This document shows, piece after piece, positions 47,101 to 59,337 of a DNA stretch of 64,000 bases (within the stretch, counting starts at the first letter, position 1; every line of letters begins with the position of its first letter). The DNA lies in NCBI GenBank assembly GCA_023920165.1, contig CP089277.1, forward strand, positions 1,612,001 to 1,676,000. Direction: 5' to 3'. The translations under genes and the position numbers were made by a program. The notes under the pieces are model-generated. The model had not been told where the DNA came from. It made no database searches and was given only the letters and a program-made list of their open reading frames with translations. Source of the DNA: Curvularia clavata. Its lineage: Eukaryota.

Positions 47101-49862
47101 CTGACCACGAATCCTCGTATAACACAATATCGCCAGGGATCATACTAACTTCAATCCTTCTCTTGAGATCACTAATCAGCCTTGCGCATCACGGAGTCGT
47201 GGAACGCCGCTTCGCATCCGCTCCAATCGCTTACTACTTTGTACCAGGAACTGAACGGTGTGCAGCTTCTAGGCATTGTTAGGGTTATATGCGGCAATGG
47301 ACCCCTCCATCCTGCGCTTAGACCTCAGCGGAGCTTGCAAAGTCAAATGCTCTATTCTCCTTTCTGGACTCCGCTGCAGAAGAAGACCAGCCTCCTGTAC
47401 TCCATTTACCCTGGGCTGCGGCGCCCATCCACGCACAAGCCACGTGTTACCTGCTGGCTTCTGTATCAGATTCATTCCATTCAGATAGCCATGCCACATG
47501 GAACTGCATCATCATACGCAGCCTCCCTGGTTAAATGTCGTCAAATGTCACACAAAAACGCTACAGCGTAAACCTTTTAATGGCCGAAGCACACCCTAGT
47601 CACTTTTGACTCTGCTTGTTTTGACCGCAATTGGTTGGTGAAAGTGTCACTCAGTGCTTTTGAACCATAGATGATACCATTCACAATATTCAGCACACGC
47701 TCACTACTCCTCTCTGACGTACTGCCAGAGTACACGGCGTATTGTAGTTTGTGCCCATCATCTTAGTGCCACGATAGTATCGATCTCTACAAGTAAATTG
47801 TAAACATGACATCTTTCATCCGTATCTGCCCCGATCCCCCCAACCTCAGGGTTACGCACATACCTCGGGTCCACCATCAACGATCATAGATGTATTGTGG
47901 CAAAGGAACGCCCCCCAAGCCATTTGATCATCGAACTAGCAGTATTCATCGTACAACTGCATGGGGAAAGGGTGCCGGGTGTTGAGTGGATTAAAGTGGG
48001 GGGTGGGCAATGAGCAAGCAATCCAGTCTGTACTAAGGCATGTCCGCGCGCATGTCGGCCCCCACATTAGACTGTTTCAACACGATGCAAATGGAATCTT
48101 CGAGAATGCAAGCCTCTTAGGTACCCCACTCCATTTCGATCAGAGATGCAGCGTGCAGGTTTCAGCCTTTGCATGGGGGTTCCGGCGGAAGAGTCCGTCA
48201 AAGAAAGATCAAGGGTTTGGGAGAGGGGTTCCCGTTATCCGTTGAGTTGAGATTGTTGGCGTGATTAGATCGGGTAATGCGGGTGATGTGCGGGGGGGAG
48301 AGCGGGATAGAGGCTTATTAGACGTTGATATTGGATGCTATATGTATGCGGGTTTGTCTGGAAATGGCGAGGGCAGAGCTGGGCATGTAAAGAATGCTTT
48401 CTTCTTCTCCCTACTTCCTTGTGCTTGCGGTGATAGATGACCCGAGTTGATAGTATACTCGGCATGGGTTGGATGGGTCGAACTAGTATATCGTAAACGA
48501 AGCTTGTTGAGATTCAATTAGAATACGAGACGAGCGAAGACTATCGACATTGAAATTAATTGTGGAAGTGAGGTACGGCGAGGGCTAAGTTATCGGACTG
48601 ATGGCCGAGATGTTCTGCTCATATCCTGTTGTGAGCCGAATTAGCTTATTCCCAGTTATTTATGCTAGTGATAATGTATCAGGTTTAAATATGGGATGTC
48701 ACTCAACAATGCCTTTGCTCATTCCTGCTATCTTCTTCTGTTTAGTCTTGCTGGCACGGGAAGAATGTGAGCAAGCAAGCGCCATTCGCTGTGCGAATTG
48801 AAGAGATACCGTACGATGTGTTTCCTATACTGTTGTTCTCTAGCAACTATAACAAGATGATGTCCGAATGTCGTACAGTCATGTGAAGTGCATGTGTTCT
48901 AGAACCATTAGAAATACGTGCAGCAGGTAAAGATAACACACAGGTGAACAAGTTCATGCACTAGGCAGCATTTTGCTTGTATATCAAGAGTGTTCTATCA
49001 CTGACAAATCCCATATTCCAATTGTACCCGTCGATCTTAACAAACGCCATAGCTGTGACTATGCAAAACTATTACTTTGGTCTGCTATAAATACTGCGTT
49101 TGTTATGCCTATCCATAGTCCCCACTGCGCTCAAACAATACAGCCCTCAGTTAAAATGATGCGTGACCTCTCTTTCCCAACAACTCAGTATACATTGTAA
49201 AAACTCACAGCTACACTTTGCGATACCATTACCCAGAGAACTATCCGCTCTTCAATCCGATTCCTCTAACCTGCAACCTTTACTTCGCTATCTACGTCTC
49301 GCGTATCTTAAACTCCCTTTTAATTCGACATCATCGCATCCATGCCCAGAGTACACCACCTCCGAAGAATCTCGTCTCACTCACTTTCTGCGGAGGTCTT
49401 CGACCCCTTGTCACCAACAAACAAGGATAGCTAATTCAGGGTATATACAGCACGCGTCTTACTCAAATGATCCCACGGTTCGTTTCGTTGATCGTGACAT
49501 GCTGACATCAAACTCGATTTACTATTGTGCATTGTACAATGTGTGTTTATAGCTATGAAAAAGATAAATAAACCCTAGGCGAGTTTAGAGAAACTGATCT
49601 AGATGTCGACACGAGTAGTATATCCTTGGAAAATGTTGTATTAGACATGACTACGTAAATTTAAATGTACACAGAGGGGTTGCATTGATATGCTGCTGTA
49701 ATATCGTGCGCTGCTACCACCACTGCTGCTATTATTAGTCTTCCAAAACAGTTGAGAAACGGGCACAGGCATGTTCACACATACAAAAAAAACAGATACA
49801 AGCAGTTCATCCAGTCTTGTATTCGGGGTATCATTTCTACTATTTGTTCACTGGCCATTCAA

Positions 49863-50762
49863 CTATCTCTTCCCTTTCTTCCCCTTGCCCTTCCCTTTCG
49901 ACCCCCCACCACCAGTAATACTCATGACGTCCTTCTTACTCAAGCTCAAAGTGCCGCCTCTGAACTTGCCTATGCTAGGCCCGCCGACGCCCCTCTCCCT
50001 CTTCCTCTCCACCTTCTTGCCTGTCGCTGCCTTGTTCTCCCGCTCCAGCACGATACCCGCTTCTCTGGCTTCAGATCTACGCCTCTCCTCTGTTGTGCGT
50101 GCTTTCAACTCCATGTGTTTGCGCTGCGCCATCGGCATCTTCTTTTGTTTGAAGATGGAGCCCTTTGCGCCGAGAGACTGGAGGTGCAGGTCTATGGATT
50201 TGTGGCGGTCTACGCCGGTCGCGGTCAGAGTGCTAGGTGTAGAGGTTCCGGATGAGGAGGCGGATAAAAGGTGTGATTCTCGGAGGAGCTTTTGTAGCGC
50301 AAGATCGTTTTTAAGATTCGAAGCTTCGGTTGTGTCGTCGTCGGCGTCTTCTTTCTTCTTTTTCTTTTGGGATGCTGGTGCGTTGTTTGAGGAGGCTGAA
50401 GTGGGCGGTTTTGAAGACATGAAAGCTTTCATTTCTGCACGCTCGTTGCCAGCGTCGTCGACTTCGCGTCGTGGGTCGTGGTATTCGATTACTTCGACTT
50501 GGTTTTCGTCATCACTGATGCCTGACCAATCTGACTCTTCCTCTTCTGGTTCGTCCTTTTGTACAGGAGTCTCTTCTATCTTGGGTTTCTTAGGCTCTGT
50601 GGGCAAAGGCTTGAACTTTGCTTCGAACGCGCGCCGAAATATTGCCTGGAGATCCTCCTTTTCAGAGTCGTCGCCGGAGCCTGACGAAGGCGATGGTGAC
50701 CGCGATGGTTGCTCAAGTTCTGCGCGCGTAACGCGCTTTCGTTTTCCGAGTGCAGGAGCCAT
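49863..50762 (-). CDS. FAF1: FAF1-like 40S ribosome biogenesis factor
   Basis: Intronless 299 aa with NDLALQKLLRESHLL, KMPMAQRK and RERGVGGPSIGKFRGGTLSLSKKD; basic, nucleolar-type composition. Confidence 0.78.
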   Translation of the reverse strand: MAPALGKRKRVTRAELEQPSRSPSPSSGSGDDSEKEDLQAIFRRAFEAKFKPLPTEPKKPKIEETPVQKDEPEEEESDWSGISDDENQVEVIEYHDPRREVDDAGNERAEMKAFMSSKPPTSASSNNAPASQKKKKKEDADDDTTEASNLKNDLALQKLLRESHLLSASSSGTSTPSTLTATGVDRHKSIDLHLQSLGAKGSIFKQKKMPMAQRKHMELKARTTEERRRSEAREAGIVLERENKAATGKKVERKRERGVGGPSIGKFRGGTLSLSKKDVMSITGGGGSKGKGKGKKGKR

Positions 50763-50959
50763 AATTTAGTGGTTGTGCTGTCGTTGTCTGACCCTGAAAA
50801 GTAGTTGATGGTAATGCGACGCGATCACCAAAAAGTTTCGAGCATGGGAAGTCGTTAGCGCCAAAATCGGTTCGGACCTCCGGCGTTGCAGCCCCTCCTC
50901 CCCCGCAACGCCTACCTTACCATCTTGAATCTCTCTCTCTGGCTGCTCCTAAACGCACC

Positions 50960-51856
50960 ATGACGCGCTTCCGCCCCTGTATCGACTTGCATGCTGGCAG
51001 CGTCAAGCAAATTGTCGGTGGCACGCTCAGCACCACGGCCCCTGATGAGCTAAAAACCAATTGGACATCCTCGCATCCCTCAGCATACTACGCCGACCTG
51101 TACAAGCAACATGCTTTAACCGGCGCACATGTCATTATGCTCGGCCCCGGCAACGAGCAAGCAGCACAGGAAGCACTTGAGGCGTGGAAAGGTGGCATGC
51201 AAGTTGGTGGAGGCATCACAGAGAAGAATGCTGCCGAGTGGATTGAGAAGGGTGCGGATAAGGTGAGCTTCATACGCGTGGTTCGCACGGGGTGCAGTAT
51301 GTATGAGTTCTAATGAAGTTGCAGTAGGTAATTATAACGTCGTATCTTTTCCCCTCATCAACCTTCTCCATGGACCACCTGCAGGCCGTCCTACGCGCCC
51401 TTGGAAACGACAAGTCCAAACTTGTCATTGATCTCTCGTGCCGGAGGAAAGACGACAAGTGGTTCGTTGCTACCAATAAGTGGCAAACAATTACTGAATT
51501 TGAGCTCAACAAAGGTCTGGTCTCCGTTCTCCCGGCCAATCTGTCTTGTTTGTATCTGACTTGAAACTACAGAGTCGATATCCCTTCTTGAGCCCTACTG
51601 CTGCGAGTTCCTCATCCATGCCGCCGATGTTGAAGGCCTACAGCGGGGCATTGATCATGAGCTTGTCTCGAAGCTGGCGGAGTGGTGCAGTATACCTGTC
51701 ACATATGCTGGAGGTGGTCGCTCAATTGAAGATCTCGAGCTAGTAAAGAAACTCAGTGACGGCAAGGTTGATCTTACTATTGGAAGCGCCTTGGATATCT
51801 TTGGAGGTTCCAGCGTCAAGTTTGAGGACTGTGTAAAGTGGAATAATTCACAGTAA
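50960..51856 (+). CDS. HIS6: ProFAR isomerase (histidine biosynthesis)
   Basis: Motifs [34 protein letters not shown] and [14 protein letters not shown]. Introns 51263-51327 and 51515-51572; 257 aa. Confidence 0.95.
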
Positions 51857-52591
51857 CCGTAAGCTATTGCGCTTGACTTGGTACATCCATATCACATGGA
51901 AGCTTTAAACATTCATAGCATAGATACAGCAAGAGCATCCCTCACACGCACTCACACACAACAAGACTATTTCACAATGGTTACAGATATAGTACATTCT
52001 CCTCTTCACTCAAGAACCTAAAAACCTAAGCCTTTGCGGTCGGAAATGGAGGGCTACAAACTAGCTGTTGGGGTGTTAAAAAGAGAATAAAAAAGCTACA
52101 GTAGCCATGCAAAGCAGAAACTCCCATTGAAGAGAAAGCAATCTCCCGAACCCCTTTAAATCATGTCACTCAATCAAGCGTACCAATAGCCATCCCTTAT
52201 CCCTCCCATTGAACTCGGAAAGAAGCTGCGCCTGTTCTCGTGCAAAAAAAGTGTGGAAAAAAGAGAAAAAAAAAACACGTCTAGCGCAGTCAGACTTGCC
52301 TGGAACACTTCTTCTTTGCTCTTTATAACGCAATTTTTTGTTTGTTTGTTTTGTCCCCCTACGTCCTTTCGCAAACTGTACACACGTGGGAAGGTACCCC
52401 CAAAAAAGTAACGACATGGAGAGAAGATGAGCAAAAAAGGATATCGAACTGGCTCGAGAAGCTGACGTAGCGGACCGAGCTGCAACGGTTCTACGAAAAA
52501 GCTATGCCTCATCTCGTCTGCCGAAGAGACAAACGTCAGCCAAGTGTTCTAAAGAAGCAATACAGTATCCAGGTGCAACTCACTACTTTTC

Positions 52592-55500
52592 TCAAGTTCC
52601 AGCCCGTGGTGTACCGACTGCGCTTGTCATTGCCGTGCTAAGCCCACCCTGAGCACTATTACCATCATCATAATCTTGCCACTCAGGATAGTCCGCTGTT
52701 GCCTCCTTTAGCTTGTCGAGCGTCGTCTGCTCAATGAGATTGGCATCTTGGAAGAGCAACGATGTATCCTCATTGTAGGTGCGGCAGTTATTGCACAGCA
52801 GGCCCAAATCTTGACGGAACTGCTTCACAGACTGGTACTCCTTCTTGTTGATCTTCTTCTCAATCTGCTTCATACAGATAGGGTTTCTGATGAGTTGGTA
52901 GTAGTCTGGGTAATCGTACCTATCTGGTAACTCGATGAAGGGGTCGATGATGCCACGGTTAGGAATGTTGGGGTCTGAAGACTCCTCTTCGAGATCATTG
53001 AGGGCTTCATAGACGATGTTAACGATCTTCTGAAGCGACGCTCGCTGCTCAGGTTGCAACATATCCTTGGTTGGCGCGGGCCGTCCACGTTTCCGTGGCG
53101 TGGGATCAGTATCAAGCGAAGCATCATCCGCTTTGCGTTTCTCAGCCTTTGGCTTGCGGCCACGCTTTTTGGGCGCAGGCTCCTCTGAACTGGCACGTGA
53201 TGGCACCGGCGACTCTTCGTCACCTCGCGAGCCCTTGTTCCTACCCCGCTTGGCCATCTTCGCCTCCTTACGAGCAATAGCAGCTTCGATAGTGTCGTCG
53301 TCATTGTCGACAGCTTCTAGCCATTGTTCTTCAGTGAGACCGTCATCGTACTTGACGCGTGTACGCTCTCGAGCACCACGGCCAACAGGCGTATCATCCT
53401 TCTCCTCAACCGTGGGTGCCTCCTCGTTCAAGTAGATGTCTGGCAGCTCGCTTTCGCCGATTAAGCGACCGAGAGGTTTACCAGGGCCGTAGGGATCTTC
53501 AGCAATTCGCTTTCGATCCATCTCCTGGAATATCTTCAGCTCGTCCTCATGTCGCATCATGATCTGATTCAGGTCGTCGTCGTCCATCTCCTCTTGTTCA
53601 AGACTCTCGGCAGCTTCGGCAGACTCCAACATGATACGCAACATGGCGTCTCGTTCATCGTCCTTGGATTTGTTATCGAATTTACCAGCTTGAATGACCT
53701 TGCCATCCATGTCAAGCTTGTAGTTGGCTCGCTCAAGAATCTTCTCTTCAACCGAGTTGGATGTGATCAGACGCAGAATGCGAACCTCGTTTTTCTGACC
53801 GATACGATGGGCACGATCCTGGGCTTGCAAATCCTGGTGAGGATTCCAATCAGAGTCGTAGATGATGACGGTATCGGCAGTCTGGAGATTCAGACCAAGA
53901 CCACCAGCACGCGTGGACAACAGGAAACAGAAATAAGGAGAATCGGGTGCGTTGAAAAGTCGCAGCAAGTCTGAACGATCATCTGCTTTGGTTGCTCCGT
54001 CCAACCGCAGATATTGCATGCCTCGAAGCCGCAGGTAGTCCTCCATGATGTTCATGATTTGTGTCATTTGGAAAAACATGAGGACACGATGGCCGGTAGC
54101 TTGGAACTTGGGCAGAATTCGGTCGAGAAGTTCGAATTTACCAGCCGAACGCCACAGGAGATCGTTGGTACCCTTGGTAGGGTTGATGACGTCCTCGACC
54201 TCTTCAAAGACGAAAGGATGGTTACATAGTTTTCGCAGCTGCATTAGCATATTGCTCAAACCGCGCATGTTAGTCTTTCCACCTTTGCCGTCGCTGACTG
54301 TGAGGCGATTGTGAGTGACAAGTTGCTTATACAGCTTCGCCTGGAGGGTAGAGAAGTTGCACTTGATCACACGCTCCGTCTTGTCGGGGAGGTCCTTTTC
54401 GACATCCCGCTTGAGACGACGCAACAGGAATGGCCTGAGAACCTTATGCAGACGACGAATGACGAGCAACTGTTCTTCTTCGGTGAGCTCCATCTTATCT
54501 TGACCTCCGGTATTCGCAAAAGGCGTGTTGAACCATTCATCGAACGATGCAGCCGACTTGAAGATATTGGGAAGAACGAAGTTGAGCATGGCCCACAGTT
54601 CTGTCAGGTTGTTCTGCAGCGGAGTACCTGTCAGAATGAGTCGATAGCGCGTCGAGTAGTACTGTGTGATGGTCATGCTGAGCTTCGAACCAGCGTTCTT
54701 CATACGGTGACCTTCGTCAACAATCATATGGACCCACTTGATCTTGCTAAGAATTGGTCGATCCTTGATGATAAACTCGTACGTGGTGAGCAGAACCTGG
54801 AACTGACCCCAGCGGATTTGCTGCTGGTACTGTTTACGCGTGTTGGGGGGACCCTTGTAAACAATCTTGCTAACGCTCGGCGCCCACTTCTCAAACTCGT
54901 TGGTCCAGTTGGTAAGCGTACTGAGTGGAACAATGACAAGGTAAGGACCAGGCTGTCGCTTCTTCTCAATAAGGTAGGTGATCAAACTGATCGTCTGAAT
55001 AGTTTTACCGAGACCCATTTCGTCTGCAAGGATTCCGTTCAAGTTATTGTTGTAGAGTGAGATCATCCACTGCAAACCCTTGAGCTGGTATTCTTTCAGA
55101 GTACCTCCGACCAAGTTGGTAGCCTGCTCTGTGACCTCCTCCTTGATGCGATGAGCAATTTCGTAGTAGTCGGTCTTCTTCTTGCCGGGTCCATCCTCGT
55201 CATCGGACTCATCGCTGCTGCTGTCTTCCTCGGGTCCGTATGAGTTGTTTGCCGATCGCTGCTGTGCTTTGACAGAGTTGGCAAGCTGCTTCAAGAACCC
55301 ATCGGTTTGTTTCAGAAGGTGCGAGATACGAGTGTCCTTGGCTTGACCCAAAAGCTTGAGATAAGTCTCTTCGTCGTTGGACTTGAGCGCCTGCAGACGT
55401 TGCTTGGCTGTTCGCTCGATACGCTTCTGTTCTTCCTTCTCGATGTTTTGGTGTGTCGAAACCATGGTACGGCCGAGCTTCTGCAGACGCATTCGCTGGG

Positions 55501-56842
55501 CCGCGCCAGCCTCCTGTAGTTCTGTACGATGCTTCCGAATGGCATCGATGAACTCATGGTGCTTCTTCTTTTCCTTTGTCTCGCGCGCATCACGTTGCTG
55601 CTTCTCGAGCTTCTCAGTGAGGCGTGCTTCGCGCATCGATTGCTTCTTGAGACGACGGTAGACGGTTCGGTTTGCGGTCATGGCGAGGTTGTCAGCGTGA
55701 ATCATTTGTTGGGCGATTTCTCTCCGCAGCTTTCTTTGCTTCTCAAGCAGGTTCAGCTTCTTCTGCTCAATAACGAGAGCCAGCTTGACCTTTCCGTCGT
55801 CTTCAGGGGTATCAGTCTTGCTGGTATCCCATGAGCCGATGTTGGCATGCATCTTTTCCAGCTCTGCCTTCCTCGCTGTGAGGCGGTTGTAGAGGAGAAT
55901 TTCGCGCTCTTTGCGCATTTCCTCCATGCTCTGTTGTACAGCATCAATGTCCACACCTTGTGGCATGATTGTCGCGAGGTAAGGCCGGTTCTTGCGCTGA
56001 GTGTGGGAGATGTAGTTTACATCACGAAAGACTTCGCTACTCCAGGGATCGATGAAGGTATCGGGAAGACGAGGCAGAGTGCGAGTCTCTTGCACAGCTC
56101 CACCTGCTGCACTTGAGGTGCTGCCTGCGCGAGTCGCGTTGTCGAGCATCTGAGAAGCAGCTGCCACAGCTTCAGCCGCATTCTGGGGCTTTTTGGACTG
56201 ATGATGACCAAAGATTTGCTGCTGCATATTAGAAGGCAGAGGAAGTCCCTTGGAGAGGTGTTTGAAAGCTCCAATCTGAGCACGCAGCATCAGAAGTTGG
56301 TCCTTAGATAGGGCCATCGAAGCACTGCTAGCCGACGTGGGAGTCTGTCCATCAGCGGAAGGAGCCTGTCCCCCAGCAGTCGCAATCTGCATTGTAGACG
56401 ACGGCCCCGTCGAGGCTGGCGCAGATACTGCAGGCTTGCCATCAACAGGCGCAACCGGCTTTGCGCCGTTTGACATGGCCGTTGCAGCACCGTTTTGTAG
56501 CGCAGCCTGTGAGTCGACTTGGCCTTGTTGACGCTGCTGCATCTGCTGTTGTCGAAGCATCTTCTGTTGCTGCTGATACTGATTCTGCTTCTGAACCATT
56601 GTGAGGAGGTTGCGCGCCTTGATGAATTCGGGGTTGGACTCGGAGACGCCTTGTTGTTTCATCGCGGTGTAGCGCTGGAGACGGTGTTAGTTGATACGAT
56701 GTGCGAAGGCGACGCCTGGTAGCACCAGAGCCGTCACAGGTCAGATACGTACTTGGAAGACATGCTGAATCTGCTCTCGAGTGATGTTGGCGGGAAGCTG
56801 GCCCTGGCCCGGCATGTCTGGGTTAGATTGGACGGAAGCCAT
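52592..56842 (-). CDS. snf21: SWI/SNF-RSC chromatin-remodelling ATPase (Snf21/Sth1/Snf2 family)
   Basis: Exon 1 56842-56753, intron 56752-56675 (GTACGT..CTAAC..CAG), exon 2 to 52592; 1390 aa. QLQ-like and HSA regions, ILADEMGLGKT, DEGH, QAQDRAHRIGQ and a C-terminal bromodomain. Confidence 0.95.
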
Positions 56843-58087
56843 GGCGGGCTTGGATTGGAGTGTTGGTGCAAATGCGCAATGGGCGGGTGATGGAGAAGAT
56901 GCCAACTCTCAGACGCGGTGGCCGCACGTGGTCTGGGGAGTCTGGGATCGCGCAAGTATAAGGGAGCGAGTGTCGAGGGGTGTATTGGGGCGCGCGTAGC
57001 GATGGTCTATGACATTATCGGGTGGAGTGGTGGTGGGAGATGGCCCTTTTGAGGATGAGGCCGATGAAAGACTCTCGGGAGTCCGCCTGTCGCAGAGTCG
57101 CGTCGTTCAAGGAGGCTGAAGGCAAACGCGCAATTTGCAAGTAGCGGGTGGCGAGGACGCGGGCGCACTCGAAAAGTGCCAGGGACCGCTCTACGCGTCG
57201 GGAACAACGTGTTGCGGGGGTGTTGAGATGCGGGCGCAAGTCTGGGTGATATCGGGAAGGGTGGTGAACGTCTGCGAGGTCTCTCTAGCCTGAGCGTTTG
57301 TCCGCGCGCAAAGGAGTTAGCGGCTTGGCGGGTGTCATGTGATGAGTGGATGGGTGGGAGGCGGCCGCCACGAGCATCAAGAGGGCGTCGCTGCGACTTT
57401 TCGACTTTGTCTCAACCGCCCTGTCCTCGCCCACGCTGACTGCACGACGTTGTTGTGGGGTTGAAGACAAACAACGCGCTTGACGTGGGCTAGTGCCGAA
57501 ATGAGCCACCGCTTCGGAGGCGCAAGGAACGAGTGGAGTGCCACGTTCATGACCCCTCCAAATCTGCTACCACGGTCCAGCCAGCATTAAACCTATCGTT
57601 ACGCTCTCCGCTGGCCTGGAATCAGCAGTATCTCTGCTCACAGGCGCCCCTGCGTGTTTCCTGTGCATCTCTGTCTTCTATCACCTCCATCGTCGCCTCT
57701 TCACCAGTGAGAGCAGCCTTGGTGGTGAGGAGTCGAAATTTGATCTGCGCAACAATGGAAGACGCAGGGTGCGCGTTATCGTCCATCTACTCAGCTCTAT
57801 GTAATGCTCTTGCAAATAATCATATGGGGCTTGGTTTTTTTGGTTTCAATATCCCTCCCCGTCCCAGTCGTCAGGTGGCGTCTGCCAAGATGCGCTGCTT
57901 ATCCCCATGCTTCGGATATTGCAGCTGACCAGAGCCTCGGGGTCAGGTCTTTTAGCTTTGCAAAGGCTACTGGCTTTTCAAACGTCATAACTTAATTATC
58001 TACCCTTGCCATTGTGCGTATATACATGTGCCTCAGCCCTAGTCACCTAAAATCTCGTCCCTTTTGATGATCATACCACCAAGCATC

Positions 58088-59263
58088 CTAAGTCAGCGTA
58101 GGTGTAGTCCAATCAATATACGTTGCAGCATCGGCACCAGAAGGGCCTTTTTCGATGTTCGCAGTGTTGGCGCTCTGGTTCAGCAGAAATTTATTGATGA
58201 AGGCAGTGAGGTCAGCTTGCTGGTTGGACGGAAACTGGCAGTGGTTGTGGTTGCCAGAGCCTGTAAACCCCATATTCTCTGGTACACCAAGAGCTTTGTA
58301 GATGAGGCGACCAGCCTTCATGCATGCAGTAGTGGCAACTGGACCTAGCCAGTCGATCTCGTTCTCTATAACAAGCAGACCGCGAGGAGCAACCATACCA
58401 GCGAGTTGATGATGATCGGTAGCGAGCGTACTAGACCGCGTGCTGAATGCATTGAATCTGGGCGAGAACCACACATTCTCGGTAACAATCTGGCTAGACG
58501 TTTGAATGTTCTTGCCCTTTGCTTTCTCCGAGTCGGAAATGCGCCAACAGGCAGCACCGCCTGAGCCTGACTCCTGCGGTAGACCAAGAGCAATACGGTC
58601 AACAAGAGCGGCAGCTACGAAAGCGCCCTTGCCATTGCGCGAGCATCCTGTTACACCAACGCGCTTAGGATCAATGCCAGCGGTAGGAATCGCCTCAAGA
58701 GCATCCATGATACGGTCTACGCCCCAGGCCCATGCAGTGAGGGCACCAGCACTGTGGCTAGAACCGTATAAGTCGTAAAATTTGCCCTTTCCGCGACTGT
58801 TCTGGCCTTGTTGTTGAGCAATTTCATCATTGTTGAAGGTGATGGTCGCAACCTGGCTGGGGATTGGGATGCTCGGTGCACCATAGGCGATAATGGCAGG
58901 GAAGGGGCCACTTCCGCTAGGTTTCTTAATTGAGACAGAGAACGAGACGGACTTTCCGCCCTCGCTGGAAGTAATAGAGAGCGTGGACCCCGAGAAGCTA
59001 GCAGTGACGGTAGAAGGCTTTTTGGGAAAATCACCGAGCTCCTGGTTTTGCATAGCAGCGCTGACCTCTCTATTCTTACATGCAAAGTCTTCTTTGGTCA
59101 CAACCGACCTTCCATCGAAGAATTTGAATGGATTTGGTAGCTTGGCGTTGTTGGCTGTGGGGAAAGTTGTAGGGACGGAGCATGTTCCTTCCTGACGCTG
59201 CTGAAGGAGAGGCGTTGCGAGCACGGTACAGGCGAGGAGCGGAAGAACGATTGAATACTTCAT
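58088..59263 (-). CDS. Secreted CE15 4-O-methyl-glucuronoyl methylesterase (glucuronoyl esterase), no CBM
   Basis: Signal peptide MKYSIVLPLLACTVLA; catalytic GVTGCSRNGKGA, PQESG, AWAWG and HNHCQF; intronless 391 aa. Confidence 0.93.
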   Translation of the reverse strand: MKYSIVLPLLACTVLATPLLQQRQEGTCSVPTTFPTANNAKLPNPFKFFDGRSVVTKEDFACKNREVSAAMQNQELGDFPKKPSTVTASFSGSTLSITSSEGGKSVSFSVSIKKPSGSGPFPAIIAYGAPSIPIPSQVATITFNNDEIAQQQGQNSRGKGKFYDLYGSSHSAGALTAWAWGVDRIMDALEAIPTAGIDPKRVGVTGCSRNGKGAFVAAALVDRIALGLPQESGSGGAACWRISDSEKAKGKNIQTSSQIVTENVWFSPRFNAFSTRSSTLATDHHQLAGMVAPRGLLVIENEIDWLGPVATTACMKAGRLIYKALGVPENMGFTGSGNHNHCQFPSNQQADLTAFINKFLLNQSANTANIEKGPSGADAATYIDWTTPTLT

Positions 59264-59328
59264 AGCGAGCTGGTTTTTTTTTTAGGAAACCGTGTGACCT
59301 GTTGCCAAAGTTTAAGAGCGACGTGATC

Positions 59329-59337
59329 TTTTATATA
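59329..59337 (-). promoter_or_regulatory. TATA box of the CE15 gene
   Basis: TATATAAAA on the minus strand about 66 bp upstream of ATG 59263. Confidence 0.55.

Noticed and set aside
41676..47571. Several 130-230 aa ORFs in the upstream desert (41676-42362, 43042-43659, 46151-46588 and others)
   Set aside because: Mostly non-ATG starts, Arg/Ser/Pro/Cys-rich random composition, no domain motifs or coherent splice structure.
49771..50769. 332-aa plus-strand ORF spanning FAF1 antisense
   Set aside because: The Ser/Phe/Leu-rich translation is the expected shadow of a Lys/Glu/Asp-rich gene; no recognisable motifs.
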